The position numbers were made by a program, and so were the translations under genes. Of a stretch of 64,000 nt of DNA, positions 19,803 to 30,666 are shown in pieces. The notes under the pieces were generated by a model that saw nothing but the letters and a program-made list of their open reading frames with translations, was not told where the DNA came from and made no database searches. Positions within the stretch are counted from its first letter, which is position 1. The number at the start of each line of letters is the position of its first letter. The stretch is from an uncultured Chloroflexia bacterium (GTDB lineage: Bacteria; Chloroflexota; Anaerolineae; B4-G1; SLSP01): assembly GCA_963751345.1 (NCBI GenBank), contig CAVVUS010000011.1, forward strand, positions 256,001-320,000, in the 5' to 3' direction.

Positions 19803-22800
19803 CTACGCTGAGGCGCGATCCCACCAATCCGCCAGGATCTGGAGGGTCTCACTGAGGTTCTCGCGCCACTGAGACTCTTCCCACGCGAGGGCCAGCCAGA
19901 TCTCGCGGCGTCCCACGCGGGCGTGGTTCCCCAGCGCCCGCCTCAGTTGTCCGACCGCTGCAGCATCCTCATCTTTCAGCCACGGGGGCCGGAGCACGAT
20001 CTGGCCACTCTCGACGGCAATGGCTGGGATCCGCGCATCCCGCGCCAAGAGCTTGAGGCGCAACTGGTACATCAGGTTCTCCGCCATCGGCGGCAGCGGG
20101 CCAAAGCGGTCCTGGAGTTCCTCCCTCAACTGTGTCAGATCCTCCTCGGTGGCCAGATCCGCGAGACGGCGATAGAGCCGCAATCTGAGCCTGTCGTCGG
20201 GCACGTAGGCGGACGATAGGCCAACCGGCAGCGGAAGCTCGATGGTGATGGAGCCAATGGGTTCCGGCGGTATGGGCTCCCCGGCCTGCTCTGCTTTGAG
20301 GCGACCGACCGCACGGCTGAGAATCCGCGTGTAGAGCGTGAAGCCAACGGCAGCCACGTGACCGTGTTGCTTTCTTCCCAGGAGATCGCCTGCACCTCGA
20401 ATCTCCAGGTCCCTGAGTGCCACCGTGAATCCTCCCCCGCGACTTGACGTGTCGCGAAGTGCATACAGACGCTGCCCGGCCTCCTCGGTCATCCGGCGTT
20501 TGTGGAAGAAGTAGGCATACCCGCGCCGCGTCCCCCGGCCGATGCGCCCGCGCAGTTGGTAGAGCTGCGCCAGGCCGAAGCGATCCGCCCGCTCGACGAT
20601 CAAGGTGTTGGCGTTGGGAAAGTCCAGGCCGCTCTCAATGATGGTCGTGGCCAGCAGGATATCGATCTCACCGGCTGCAAACTCCGCCATCACTTTGCTG
20701 AGATCTCGCTCGTGCATCTGACCGTGGGCAATGCCCAACACGGCTTCCGGGACGAGATCCTGCAGACGTGCTGCCACCGTCTGGATCGAGTCCACACGGT
20801 TATGCACGTAGAAGATCTGACCACCGCGATTGAGCTCCCGCAGAATCGCCCGGCGCGCGATTTGCACATCGTAGGGCCCGACATAGGTCGCGATGGGCAG
20901 CCTCTCCTGCGGAGGGGTCTCGATGATACTGATGTCGCGCACGCCCGCCAGCGCCATATAGAGCGTCCGGGGGATGGGTGTGGCGGTGAGCGTCAGTACG
21001 TCGACCTCCGTCCGCATCTGCTTGAGCCGCTCTTTGTTCGCCACACCAAAGCGCTGTTCCTCATCGATGATCACTAGACCCAGGTTCTTCAGCTCGACAT
21101 CTTTCTGGAGCAACCGATGCGTCCCAATGACGATGTCGACCTTGCCTTCGCTCAATCGCTCCAGGACCTGTCGTTGCTCTGCCTCGGTGCGGAAACGCGA
21201 TAGCAGCTCGACGGTGACGGGGAAGGGGGCCAGCCGCTCGGCGAACGTCTGGTAGTGCTGCTGAGCCAACACCGTGGTGGGCACCAGCATCGCGACCTGC
21301 GTGTCGTCCATCACTGCCTTGAAGGCCGCCCGGAGTGCTACCTCGGTCTTCCCGTAACCCGCATCGCCGCAGATCAAGCGATCCATTGGGCGCGGCGTTT
21401 CCATGTCCCGCTTGACTGCATGAATCGCCTCGACCTGATCCTCCGTCTCGGCGTAGGGAAAGGCAGCCTCCAGCTCCCGCTGCCACTGCGTGTCGCCCGC
21501 AAACGCGTGGCCCGACACGATCTGCCGGGTCGCGTAGAGCTCCAGCAGCTCGCCGGCCAGCTCGTCCGCTGCCTTGGCGACACGTGCCTTTGTCTCCTCC
21601 CAGGCCCCGCCGCCCAACCGGCTCAGCCGCGGCTCCAGGCCCTCCGCGCCAACGTAACGTGAAAGCCGGTCCGCCTGATGGATGGGCACGAACAACTTGT
21701 CGCCGTGACCCTCTGCGCCGTTCTCACCGTTCTGCTCGCTCTGGGCACCCGGCGTGATGAACCGGTCCCCGCCGGGGCCGGCGTATTCGAGGAAAAGGTA
21801 CTCGCGGTCGATATTGTCGACACTGCGGGTCACCAGTCCCCGGTAGATGCCGATGCCGTAGTCCTCGTGAACCACCACATCGCCGGGCTGGAGATCGGCG
21901 AAGACCTGCTCGGGGGCCGTGGCTCTCCTCCGCGGCTGGCGCCGGGGCTCCGGCACGTGCCAGCCAAAGAGCTCCTCGTCGGTGAGCAGGTGCCGCACGC
22001 CGTCCGGGCCCCGCCACTGCCACCCGCCGTTCACCACGCCCTGCACAAAGGTGAGTAGCGACCCGGGTGGGGTGGGCAGCCCTTCGTGAACCGGTGGTGG
22101 GGTGAAATCCTGCCAGAGCTCCGCCATGCGCCCCGCCTGGCGGCTGGCGATCACGACTTGGTCGCCCAGGCTCACCCACTGACGGATACGGCCTAGGGCC
22201 TCCGGAAGGCGTCCGGCAAAATGGGGTTCGGGCGCGAAGACGTCGGCCAGCGGCCCGCCGCCCTCGGATTCGTCATCCTCCTCGCTGACCAGAGAGAGCA
22301 TATGATGGCGACTCAGCACGCTGCGCATCTGCGTCCACGGCGTGTAGGGCACGGGGGCCTCTTCCCCTCCCAGCAGAAGTCGTTCCTTGCGCGCCACCAC
22401 TCTCTGATCGGCCGCCTCTTTCTCCAGCTCCTCCCACTGCATCTGAAGGCGGTCACCTTCGTCCAGGATGACCAGGGCATCCGGCGGCAGATAGTGGAGG
22501 AGCGTACCTCCCTCCTGGTAGAGATAGGGCAGGTAGAACTCCAGATTCGGGAATGGAACGTGTGCCTCCAGGGCCTCCGCGTCGGATTCGAGCGTAACAC
22601 GAAACTCCGGTGGAGGGTCTGCCTTGAGCAGCTCCCTCACGACATCCAATGCGCGCTCACTGTCCTTGGGCAGCGCCTCTCGCACGGGCGTAAGCCAGAA
22701 ACCCTCGGAACGCCCGACGGACCGCTGTGTCTCGGGCTCAAAGGTCCTGATCGTGTCGATCTCATCGCCGAAGAACTCCAGACGATAGGGTTGGGTCGCC

Positions 22801-23396
22801 TGGGGTGGGTAGATGTCGAGCAAGCCCCCACGCCGGCTGAGCTGCCCGGGTGCCTGCACGACGCTGGTGGGCTCGTACCCTATCCCCATAGCGTGGCGCG
22901 CCAATTCGGTGAGGGACTCGTGAGCGCCAACTGCGATCCTGCGAATAGCACGCATGAACTGCCGGTAGGGCAGGGTACGGCGCATGAGGGCGCGGGCGGA
23001 CGTCACGACGACGGGCTTCGGTCGTCCCGCTGCGGTTTCCGTCTGGCTCATATAGAGCTGGGACAGCACGTCAAGCCGGTCCGTGATCACCTCGGGGGGC
23101 CAGGGCACGCGCTCGTAATGCAGCCCCGGTGGCTCGGGGAACGACATCAGGCGTTCGGGCGTGGCCATCCAGGTTCGCAGGGAGACGGCAAGCTGGCGAC
23201 TCTCCTCGACCGTCGGCGTAATGATCACGACCGGGGACGAAAGGTCGCCGACGAGCGCCGCGATGACGGCCGGCCGCGCACGCGCCAATAGCGACACGGC
23301 GGGCTGTTCCAGCCCTGCTTCGAGATCCCTCAGAAGAGATCCATAGGCAGGGTGCTCGCGAATCCAGGCGAGTAGACCGTGGAGCGAGGTGGGCAT
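19803..23396 (-). CDS. mfd: Transcription-repair coupling factor
   Basis: [18 protein letters not shown] (RID), [43 protein letters not shown]-terminal domain. Confidence 0.97.
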   Translation of the reverse strand: MPTSLHGLLAWIREHPAYGSLLRDLEAGLEQPAVSLLARARPAVIAALVGDLSSPVVIITPTVEESRQLAVSLRTWMATPERLMSFPEPPGLHYERVPWPPEVITDRLDVLSQLYMSQTETAAGRPKPVVVTSARALMRRTLPYRQFMRAIRRIAVGAHESLTELARHAMGIGYEPTSVVQAPGQLSRRGGLLDIYPPQATQPYRLEFFGDEIDTIRTFEPETQRSVGRSEGFWLTPVREALPKDSERALDVVRELLKADPPPEFRVTLESDAEALEAHVPFPNLEFYLPYLYQEGGTLLHYLPPDALVILDEGDRLQMQWEELEKEAADQRVVARKERLLLGGEEAPVPYTPWTQMRSVLSRHHMLSLVSEEDDESEGGGPLADVFAPEPHFAGRLPEALGRIRQWVSLGDQVVIASRQAGRMAELWQDFTPPPVHEGLPTPPGSLLTFVQGVVNGGWQWRGPDGVRHLLTDEELFGWHVPEPRRQPRRRATAPEQVFADLQPGDVVVHEDYGIGIYRGLVTRSVDNIDREYLFLEYAGPGGDRFITPGAQSEQNGENGAEGHGDKLFVPIHQADRLSRYVGAEGLEPRLSRLGGGAWEETKARVAKAADELAGELLELYATRQIVSGHAFAGDTQWQRELEAAFPYAETEDQVEAIHAVKRDMETPRPMDRLICGDAGYGKTEVALRAAFKAVMDDTQVAMLVPTTVLAQQHYQTFAERLAPFPVTVELLSRFRTEAEQRQVLERLSEGKVDIVIGTHRLLQKDVELKNLGLVIIDEEQRFGVANKERLKQMRTEVDVLTLTATPIPRTLYMALAGVRDISIIETPPQERLPIATYVGPYDVQIARRAILRELNRGGQIFYVHNRVDSIQTVAARLQDLVPEAVLGIAHGQMHERDLSKVMAEFAAGEIDILLATTIIESGLDFPNANTLIVERADRFGLAQLYQLRGRIGRGTRRGYAYFFHKRRMTEEAGQRLYALRDTSSRGGGFTVALRDLEIRGAGDLLGRKQHGHVAAVGFTLYTRILSRAVGRLKAEQAGEPIPPEPIGSITIELPLPVGLSSAYVPDDRLRLRLYRRLADLATEEDLTQLREELQDRFGPLPPMAENLMYQLRLKLLARDARIPAIAVESGQIVLRPPWLKDEDAAAVGQLRRALGNHARVGRREIWLALAWEESQWRENLSETLQILADWWDRASA

Positions 23397-23405
23397 TTCC
23401 TCTCG

Positions 23406-23993
23406 TTAGCTGGCCGGTTCGACCCGCCAGGTCATCCCCTGGCGCTGTAGGTCGGGGTTACCCATCAGCCAATCCAGGATCAGGCCGCGCGCAGTCCGAA
23501 GTACCTCCCAGACCAGCGCCATTTCCTCTTCTGAGAAGTCCTGTAGAACGTACGCCGCCGGGTCCATCCGCCCCGGGGGCCGACCGATCCCCAACCTGAG
23601 ACGCGGCACGGCCTCAGTCCCGAGTGTGTCCAGGATGGACTGCACGCCGCGATGTCCGCCGCTGCTGCCCTCGCTGCGGAAGCGGACTGTGCCCAGGGGA
23701 ATATCGAGGTCGTCGTAGATGACGAGCATATCCTGGGGTTCTACCTTGTAGAAGCGAGCCAGCGGCCCGACGGATTTCCCGCTGTCATTCATCCACGTCT
23801 GGGGCTGGGCCAGAATCACGCGTTGATCGTTGATCAGACCGTGAGCCGTCTTGGCCTGATGCTCCGTCCGCGAGAAGGTGAGGCTGTAAGCCTCAGCTAC
23901 TGCTTCGACGGCGCGAAAACCGATGTTGTGGCGGTTGTCGGCATACCGAGGACCCGGATTCCCCAATCCGGTAATCAGTGCGAATTGGGTCAC
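23406..23993 (-). CDS. pth: Peptidyl-tRNA hydrolase
   Basis: GLGNPG..NRHNIGF, PQTWMNDSG, YDDLD, GGHRG, RLRLGIGRP. Confidence 0.96.
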   Translation of the reverse strand: MTQFALITGLGNPGPRYADNRHNIGFRAVEAVAEAYSLTFSRTEHQAKTAHGLINDQRVILAQPQTWMNDSGKSVGPLARFYKVEPQDMLVIYDDLDIPLGTVRFRSEGSSGGHRGVQSILDTLGTEAVPRLRLGIGRPPGRMDPAAYVLQDFSEEEMALVWEVLRTARGLILDWLMGNPDLQRQGMTWRVEPAS

Positions 23994-24850
23994 GGACTCG
24001 GTTTCCGCTTTGTCTGGCGCAGATAGTAGCGGATCACGGCCTTTGCGACCACATAGAGGATGCCTACGGCGTAGATCAGGACGGCCAACTGCGCGCCAAG
24101 CACAAAGGCCTGTTTGACTGCCTGGATTGAGAAGATGCCTTCGGGTAGGAGCCCACCACTGCCATCCTCGCTGCCTGAATCGCCCGTCCCCGCGGCGCCT
24201 CCCGGGAGGAGAGTAGGGGTGGGTCTGGGCGTTGCCGTGGCCGGCTGGACGATGGTCGCGCCTGCAGGTGGAGGCAAAGGCTCGTTCGTCGCCTCGGCCT
24301 GTGCGGTTTCCTCCGGGTTCGGCGTCGCCGTGGGTTCGGGCGTCGGCGTCGTCTCCTCGTTGTTGACCGTCAAGTTGTTCACGAAGTGGACCAGCGGAGT
24401 TTCATTCCCAGCCTCGTAGACCACCAGTGCCAGCACGTACTGCCCATTGGGTACCTGCGTCGTGTCCCAGGTACCGAGAACTCCGTTCACGACCATGTTT
24501 TGGACATTCCAGGCAATAGGATTGCTGGAGTTCCACGAGGTTTCCCCTGTCACCCTCGATCCGGGCGCATAGAGCACACCGTAGGAGACGAAGTTGGGGT
24601 TCGTGGCGGTCCCCTGGATGGCGACCTCGCCGCTCAACGTCGCGCCCTCACCGGGGCTGGTGATGACGAGCACATTGTCTTGAGCTAGCGGTGCCGCGAG
24701 CCCTGATTGCAGCGGGAGACCGGCAAGGCACAGGGACACCGCGAGAACTCTAGCGATCCACATGACTCGCGAGATGAGCCCACCCTGTGTTCCCGGCATA
24801 CGCGCTTGCCCATTCCCGACACCAAGCCGACTGGCATTTGTAGGCAGCAT
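23990..24850 (-). CDS. Hypothetical exported protein: signal peptide, Ig-like domain, PT linker, C-terminal TM anchor
   Basis: ITSPGEGATLSG..WDTTQVPNGQY Ig-like motif; GAGGAG RBS before ATG 24850. Confidence 0.65.
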   Translation of the reverse strand: MLPTNASRLGVGNGQARMPGTQGGLISRVMWIARVLAVSLCLAGLPLQSGLAAPLAQDNVLVITSPGEGATLSGEVAIQGTATNPNFVSYGVLYAPGSRVTGETSWNSSNPIAWNVQNMVVNGVLGTWDTTQVPNGQYVLALVVYEAGNETPLVHFVNNLTVNNEETTPTPEPTATPNPEETAQAEATNEPLPPPAGATIVQPATATPRPTPTLLPGGAAGTGDSGSEDGSGGLLPEGIFSIQAVKQAFVLGAQLAVLIYAVGILYVVAKAVIRYYLRQTKRKPSP

Positions 24851-25059
24851 ATGAGCTCCTCGTGTAGAATTTGCGACTAGGAAGTCTAACATGGATGAAA
24901 TGCTTGGCAAGTCAAGGAGGGGAGCGCTCAAACGTGGGAACCTTACGGGAAGGTCAGTAAGTTGCCTCTCAATGACGAAGATTTCGCTGATGTTCCCGGA
25001 AGGTAGCTGCAACTTCTTCGCCGATCCGTCGTATACTTACATGTAAGCACAATACGGAG

Positions 25060-25257
25060 GTGAGAGATATGTCAAACCATGAGAAGCTGCGTAGACAAAA
25101 CGGCATCATTGCCGGTGTATGTGGGGGGTTGGGTGAGTTCTACGGCATCGCGCCCTTCTGGTTCCGCCTGTTGTTCCTGATTTTATTCCTGCCGGGTGGA
25201 CTCCCTGGGCTCGTGCCGTACCTGATCCTGTGGATCGTCATCCCGCGCAAGCGCTAG
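25060..25257 (+). CDS. pspC: PspC domain protein
   Basis: [30 protein letters not shown]. Confidence 0.88.
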   Translation: MRDMSNHEKLRRQNGIIAGVCGGLGEFYGIAPFWFRLLFLILFLPGGLPGLVPYLILWIVIPRKR

Positions 25258-25303
25258 GATCGCCACATCTCGAAGCGCTCGCGCACGCAGACAGCGCCGC
25301 TGT

Positions 25304-25347
25304 AAGCTGAGGCAGTCCGGGCATGGTGCCGCGGATTGCCTCAGCTT
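25304..25347. repeat. Intergenic inverted repeat between pspC and zwf
   Basis: AAGCTGAGGCA...TGCCTCAGCTT with additional inner pairing. Confidence 0.65.
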
Positions 25348-25411
25348 GTATCGCCCCTGTGCTATACTTATCAGGGTCTGGTGTTTGTGCAACCCTGAGA
25401 GGAGGGCACCC

Positions 25412-26872
25412 ATGGACGAACAATCGAGGCCGTCTACCATCGTCATTTTCGGTGCGTCGGGCGATCTGACCCAGCGCAAACTTGTGCCGGCGCTTCATAG
25501 CTTGGCCTGCGAGGCACTGCTCCCCGATGGCGTGCGGGTCATCGGCATAGCCCGTTCGGAGTTCACCGACGAAAGCTTCCGGGATCATCTCTACGAGGGG
25601 ATCGAGGCCTACGCACGACGTAAGCCTGCCGTATGCGAGTTATGGTCGGGTATGGCGGATAGCTATACGTACCTGCAAGGGGAGTACGACGATCCCGAGA
25701 CCTATCGGCGCCTCAAGCAATTGCTCGATTCGGGGGACGTGGCAGACGGTGGGAAGGGCAACCGTCTCTTCTACCTATCGGTGCCACCCGTCGTCTACGG
25801 GGATATCGTCGAGCGCCTCGGCACGTCAGGTCTCAGCCATACCGATGGGGGATGGGCACGCATCGTGGTCGAGAAACCGTTCGGTCACGACTTCGACAGT
25901 GCTCGGGCTCTCAACGAGAGGATTCACACGGTTTTTGCAGAGGATCAGATTTTCCGGATTGATCATTATCTGGGCAAAGAGACAGTCCAGAACATCCTCA
26001 CCTTCCGCTTCGCCAACGCCATTTTCGAGCCGCTTTGGAACAGGCAGTACGTCGACCATGTAGAGATCACAGTAACAGAGTCGGTGCTGGTCGGCCACCG
26101 GGCCGGATACTACGATACAGCCGGTGTGCTGCGGGACATGCTCCAGAACCATCTCCTGCAGCTTCTCTCGCTGACCGCGATGGAGCCGCCGGCAACGATC
26201 AACGCGGATGCGCTGCGGGATGAGAAGGTCAAGGTGCTGCACGCCGTCAGGAAGCCACTGCTCGATGATATGGTGCTGGGGCAGTACCAGGGCTACCTTG
26301 ATGAAAAGGGTGTGGCCAAGGGGTCGCGAACGCCGACATACGCGGCGATCCGTTTCTTCGTCGACAATTGGCGATGGCAGGGGGTGCCCTTCTACCTGCA
26401 GTCCGGCAAGGGACTCAAGAACAAGGTCTCCGAGATCACACTGCAGTTCAAGAAGGTGCCGCATCTCCTCTTCCCCGATAGCGCCTCACTGGCCCCGAAT
26501 CTGTTGGCCATCTGCATCCAGCCTGACGAGGCGATTCATCTTCGCTTTGAGACCAAGCAGCCCGGCACAGGGATGCACAGCGTACCGGTCGACATGAACT
26601 TCGCCTACTCCCAGAACTTCGGCGGCAATGCGCTGCCTGAAGCCTATGAGCGCCTGCTACTCGATGCGCTTCAGGGCGACGCCTCACTCTTCGCCCGAGC
26701 CGACGAGATAGAGCTGGCCTGGAAGTTGATCGATCGACTGACCGGCACCGGTGCGCCACTTCCTTACGAGGTCGGGTCGTGGGGGCCGTCTGCGGCCAAC
26801 GACTTGATCTCCAAGGAAGGGTGCACGTGGCATTTCGGCTGCACTGAGGACGACGGTTCCTCGGCATCGTAG
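25412..26872 (+). CDS. zwf: Glucose-6-phosphate 1-dehydrogenase
   Basis: [44 protein letters not shown]. Confidence 0.97.
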   Translation: MDEQSRPSTIVIFGASGDLTQRKLVPALHSLACEALLPDGVRVIGIARSEFTDESFRDHLYEGIEAYARRKPAVCELWSGMADSYTYLQGEYDDPETYRRLKQLLDSGDVADGGKGNRLFYLSVPPVVYGDIVERLGTSGLSHTDGGWARIVVEKPFGHDFDSARALNERIHTVFAEDQIFRIDHYLGKETVQNILTFRFANAIFEPLWNRQYVDHVEITVTESVLVGHRAGYYDTAGVLRDMLQNHLLQLLSLTAMEPPATINADALRDEKVKVLHAVRKPLLDDMVLGQYQGYLDEKGVAKGSRTPTYAAIRFFVDNWRWQGVPFYLQSGKGLKNKVSEITLQFKKVPHLLFPDSASLAPNLLAICIQPDEAIHLRFETKQPGTGMHSVPVDMNFAYSQNFGGNALPEAYERLLLDALQGDASLFARADEIELAWKLIDRLTGTGAPLPYEVGSWGPSAANDLISKEGCTWHFGCTEDDGSSAS

Positions 26873-28412
26873 ATGAGACAAGGGGGGGCGTTGAACGATA
26901 GAGAACCAGAAGAACCGGCGGGGGAGCGGGAGGACGAGGGATCCCTCTACAGGGTGGAGCGAGACTCCATGGGCGAGATGCAGGTTCCCTGGGACGCACT
27001 GTGGGGTGCCCAAACTCAACGGGCGGTCGCCAACTTCCCGATCTCCGGGATCCGATTCGGCCGCAGGTTCATTCACGCCCTGGGATCCGTCAAGCGGGCG
27101 TGCGCGTTGGCCAACGAGGATCTGGCACTGCTGGCGCCGGATGTGACGGGTGCCATCGTGGCGGCGTGTGATGAGGTGATCCGGGGTGACCTAGATGCTC
27201 ACTTCCCGCTCGACGTATTCCAAACAGGCTCGGGCACCTCGACGAACATGAACGCCAACGAAGTCATCGCGATGCGGGCGATGCAGGTGCTCGCGGGTGC
27301 CCAACATTCGCAAGGTTCACGAACCTTGGCCCGCCGAGTAGTAGGGCGGGTTGCGAGGGTTCAGAGCGGAAGGTCCTGCAATAGCGACCCTGATCCACCC
27401 CAACGACCACGTCAACATGAGCCAATCCAGCAATGACGTGATCCCCACGGCGATCCACGTGGCGCTCACGCTGGCGCTGCGGGACGAGCTCGTACCCGCG
27501 CTCACGCAGCTTGCCGATGCGCTGGGGGAGAAGGCCGTGGCCTTTGACGCCGTCGTGAAGACCGGGAGAACGCATCTCCAGGACGCGACCCCCATCCGTA
27601 TGGGTCAGGTCTTCGGTGGCTATGAAGCACAGGCGCGATCGGCCGTGGCGCGTGCCCGGCAGGCCATCGCGGCCCTGCGCGCGCTTCCGCTTGGCGGCAC
27701 GGCCGTTGGGACCGGCCTGAATTGTCCCGTCGGATTCCCGGCACGCGCGATTGCCCATTTGAATGAGGCACTGGGCACCACATTCGTTGAGGCCGGGAAC
27801 CACGTCGAGGCCAACGCAGCGAGGGACGCTGTGGTTGAGGCCTCCGGGCACCTCAAGACGATCGCGGTGGCGCTGCACAAGATTGCGAATGATATCCGGT
27901 GGATGGCCTCGGGGCCGCGCAACGGCCTGGGCGAGCTTCGCTTGCCCGCGGTCCAGCCCGGCTCCTCTATCATGCCGGGCAAGGTCAACCCCGTCATTGC
28001 CGAAGCGTTGATTATGGTCTGCGCACAGGTCATCGGCTTCGACGTGGCCAACACACTGGGCGGATTAGGCGGCTACTTCGAGCTGAACCTGATGATGCCG
28101 CTGTTGGCGCACAACACGCTCCACGCAACGGAGATGCTCTCCAACGCGACCTCGCTCTTCTCACGGAAGTGTGTGGCCGGTCTCGAGGTCGACGCCGCTC
28201 GCTGCGAGGCGTCGGTCGAGCGTAACCTCGCGCTCGCGACGGCGCTCGCGCCCGCAATCGGGTACGATCGTGCTGCTGAGATCGCCAAGGCCGCGCAGGC
28301 CTCGGGTCGCACGGTGCGCGAGGTCGCGCTGGCTGAGAGCGTGCTTCCGGCTGAAGAGATCGATGCACTACTTGACGCACGGAAGATGACCGAGCCCGGC
28401 CTAGGTTCGTAG
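26873..28412 (+). CDS. fumC: Class II fumarate hydratase (frameshift and ~25-codon structured insertion at ~27300-27390)
   Basis: [29 protein letters not shown]; then [37 protein letters not shown] in the next frame. Confidence 0.9.
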
Positions 28413-28445
28413 TAACGACTTCAGTCGTTCCGCCTCGGACGACAC

Positions 28446-28478
28446 GCCTCAAGAGGCGCGCCCAGCGGACTGGGCGGG
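28446..28478. terminator. Twin hairpins between convergent fumC and ABC-F
   Basis: CGCCTC-AA-GAGGCG and CGCCCAG-CGGA-CTGGGCG. Confidence 0.45.
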
Positions 28479-28520
28479 AGCAGAGCCGATGAATCGGTTC
28501 CTACGAACCCGTATGTGCGC

Positions 28521-30167
28521 CTACCCCCCTCTCACCTGTCCGATCCGGTGCTCCGCGTAATAGGTATAGTCACCCGCGTACTCCGTCAACGCGCCCTCCT
28601 CCAGCTCAACGATGCGCGTGACGGACCTATCGAGGAAGTAGCGGTCGTGTGAGATCACCAGCAGCGTGCCCTCGAAGTCGTCCAACGCTTGCTCCAGCAC
28701 CTCGCACGACGGCAAGTCCAGGTTGTTCGTCGGCTCGTCGAGGAGCAGGAAGTTGGCGTCTGAGAGCATCAACTTGGCCAACTGAAGGCGGCTGCGCTCG
28801 CCTCCCGACAATGTGCTGACCTTGTCGCGGGTGCGCCGGTAGGGGAAAAGGAATCGCCGCAGGAAGTTGACGGCGGCGTGCTCGGACATCGAGCGGGCCT
28901 CCCAAATCTCCTCGATCAGCGTCCGGTCGGGATTGAGCGTCTCGTGTTCCTGGGCGTAGTAGCCCACCGTCACGCTTGGCCCGATCGCGATGAGGCCCGA
29001 CGTGGGGGCTTCCTGCCCCAGGATACAGCGAAGGAGCACGCTCTTGCCGGTGCCGTTGGCGCCCAGCAGGCCGACCCGCTCGCCACGCCAGACCAGAAGG
29101 TTCAGCCCCAGCAGGATAGGGTCGTCGTCGAAGACCTTGTCGAGGTCGTTGATCTCAAGCACCTTCTGCGACCCGCGCCAACCGCCGAGAGCCAACCCCA
29201 TCCGTTCGCGGTCCGTGATGGGCTTCTCGACCTTGTCCATCCGCTCCAGCATCTTCTGGCGTGAGCGAGCCTGCCGGATGTGACGCTCGTCGACCACGAT
29301 ACTGGCCCAATACTCGAAACGTGCGATGGCGGCCTCGATCCTGGCGATCTCTTTCTGCTGCGCTGCGTAGAGCTGTTCTTGGCGTAGCAGGCGCAACTGC
29401 TTCTCCGCGCTGTAGGCCGAGTAGTTGCCGACGTAGAGGGTCAGCCGATGGTCCTCGACCTCGGCAATGGTCGAGACGGTCTCGTCCAGGAGATACCGGT
29501 CGTGAGAGACGATGATGATGGTGCCGGGAAATGACTCGATGAAGTGCTCCAGCCTCGCCTTGCCTTCGAGGTCGAGGTGGTTGTCAGGTTCGTCCAGCAG
29601 GAGGAGGTCGCAGTGGGTGGCCAGGAGCCTGGCCAGGCCGAGCATCTTCTTCTGCCCGCCTGACAACACATCGACCTTGACGTCTTGGTCTCGATCCTCA
29701 AAGCCCACGGCCTGAAGCGCTTGGCGGCAGAGGCTCTCATATCTATAGCCCCCGAGCTGCTCGAATAGCTCCTGCTCGCGTGCGTGTGCGGCAAGCGTGC
29801 GCTCGAAGGCTGCCGGGTCGCCAGAGACCTCTGGACGACCCATCTGCGCCTCCAACGACCGCATATGCGACTCGATCCGCTGCAGCCGCCGGTCGGCGCC
29901 AAGCACGACCTCCCAGATGGTGGCGCCCGGATCGAAGGAAGGGTCCTGTGGCAAGTAGCCGATGCGGGTCTTGTGGCGGATGACGTGACCGCCGTCCGGC
30001 TGTAGCTCCCCGAGGATCAGACGCAGTAGCGTCGATTTGCCCGCTCCATTGGGACCCACCAACCCAATGCGCTGTCCGAGCTGGATCTCCCACGAGACTT
30101 CATCGAGGATCAGCTCTGCGGCGTGGTGGAAGACCACCCGGTCAAGATGTACCAGAATCTCACTCAT
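28521..30167 (-). CDS. ABC-F family ribosome-associated ATPase
   Basis: Two ABC domains (GPNGAGKS/LSGGQ/LDEPDNHLD; GANGTGKS/LSGGE/LDEPTNNLD), helical linker, no TM. Confidence 0.93.
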   Translation of the reverse strand: MSEILVHLDRVVFHHAAELILDEVSWEIQLGQRIGLVGPNGAGKSTLLRLILGELQPDGGHVIRHKTRIGYLPQDPSFDPGATIWEVVLGADRRLQRIESHMRSLEAQMGRPEVSGDPAAFERTLAAHAREQELFEQLGGYRYESLCRQALQAVGFEDRDQDVKVDVLSGGQKKMLGLARLLATHCDLLLLDEPDNHLDLEGKARLEHFIESFPGTIIIVSHDRYLLDETVSTIAEVEDHRLTLYVGNYSAYSAEKQLRLLRQEQLYAAQQKEIARIEAAIARFEYWASIVVDERHIRQARSRQKMLERMDKVEKPITDRERMGLALGGWRGSQKVLEINDLDKVFDDDPILLGLNLLVWRGERVGLLGANGTGKSVLLRCILGQEAPTSGLIAIGPSVTVGYYAQEHETLNPDRTLIEEIWEARSMSEHAAVNFLRRFLFPYRRTRDKVSTLSGGERSRLQLAKLMLSDANFLLLDEPTNNLDLPSCEVLEQALDDFEGTLLVISHDRYFLDRSVTRIVELEEGALTEYAGDYTYYAEHRIGQVRGG

Positions 30168-30240
30168 GTCCCGTCTCCCCTGTGGTTGGCGCCGTGAGGG
30201 CTTGCGTCACGGCGGGGGGAGCGCGTCCATCAAGGGTACG

Positions 30241-30273
30241 AGAAAGCCGTGAGCGCAAGCGCGCCCACGGCTT
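30241..30273 (-). terminator. Attenuator-like terminator hairpin in the ABC-F 5' leader
   Basis: Minus strand AGCCGTGGGCGC-GCTT-GCGCTCACGGCT-TTCTC, ~75 nt upstream of the ABC-F start. Confidence 0.6.
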
Positions 30274-30333
30274 GATAAGTGCTTCTTAACCTGCGGCCCG
30301 AAGGCCGCGTTCAGCTCGTCGAGGGGCGCACCG

Positions 30334-30411
30334 CTAAGAAGGGTGCGCATCCGTAAACGAGATGACGCCACGCAGCGTCAAGTTTGAGCTTCCCAGCAGA
30401 AATGTGATCAT
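30334..30411 (-). CDS. Putative leader peptide (25 aa) upstream of ABC-F
   Basis: Manual translation MITFLLGSSNLTLRGVISFTDAHPS*, followed by a C(UUCG)G hairpin and a terminator. Confidence 0.4.
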   Translation of the reverse strand: MITFLLGSSNLTLRGVISFTDAHPS

Positions 30412-30666
30412 TTCAGATGCTCTATCTCATCCTTTCTGCTGACCATTCTACCCTATTTCGGCAGACCCGCTAACGGAATCGTACCTTTCCAACCAAATCC
30501 AGCCAAGAGCCAACCAAGACCATCGGCTGAGTAAGCCTCCGTCGTCCTATAGTCCTTGTACTGGTAACTATCGCCTAAGCTGCAGCCGACTGCAAAATCT
30601 CCCCTCCGACATCACGCCGCCGGTGAGATCCTTATGCTACAGCGCATAGTGGGAAAGGCACGGGCT

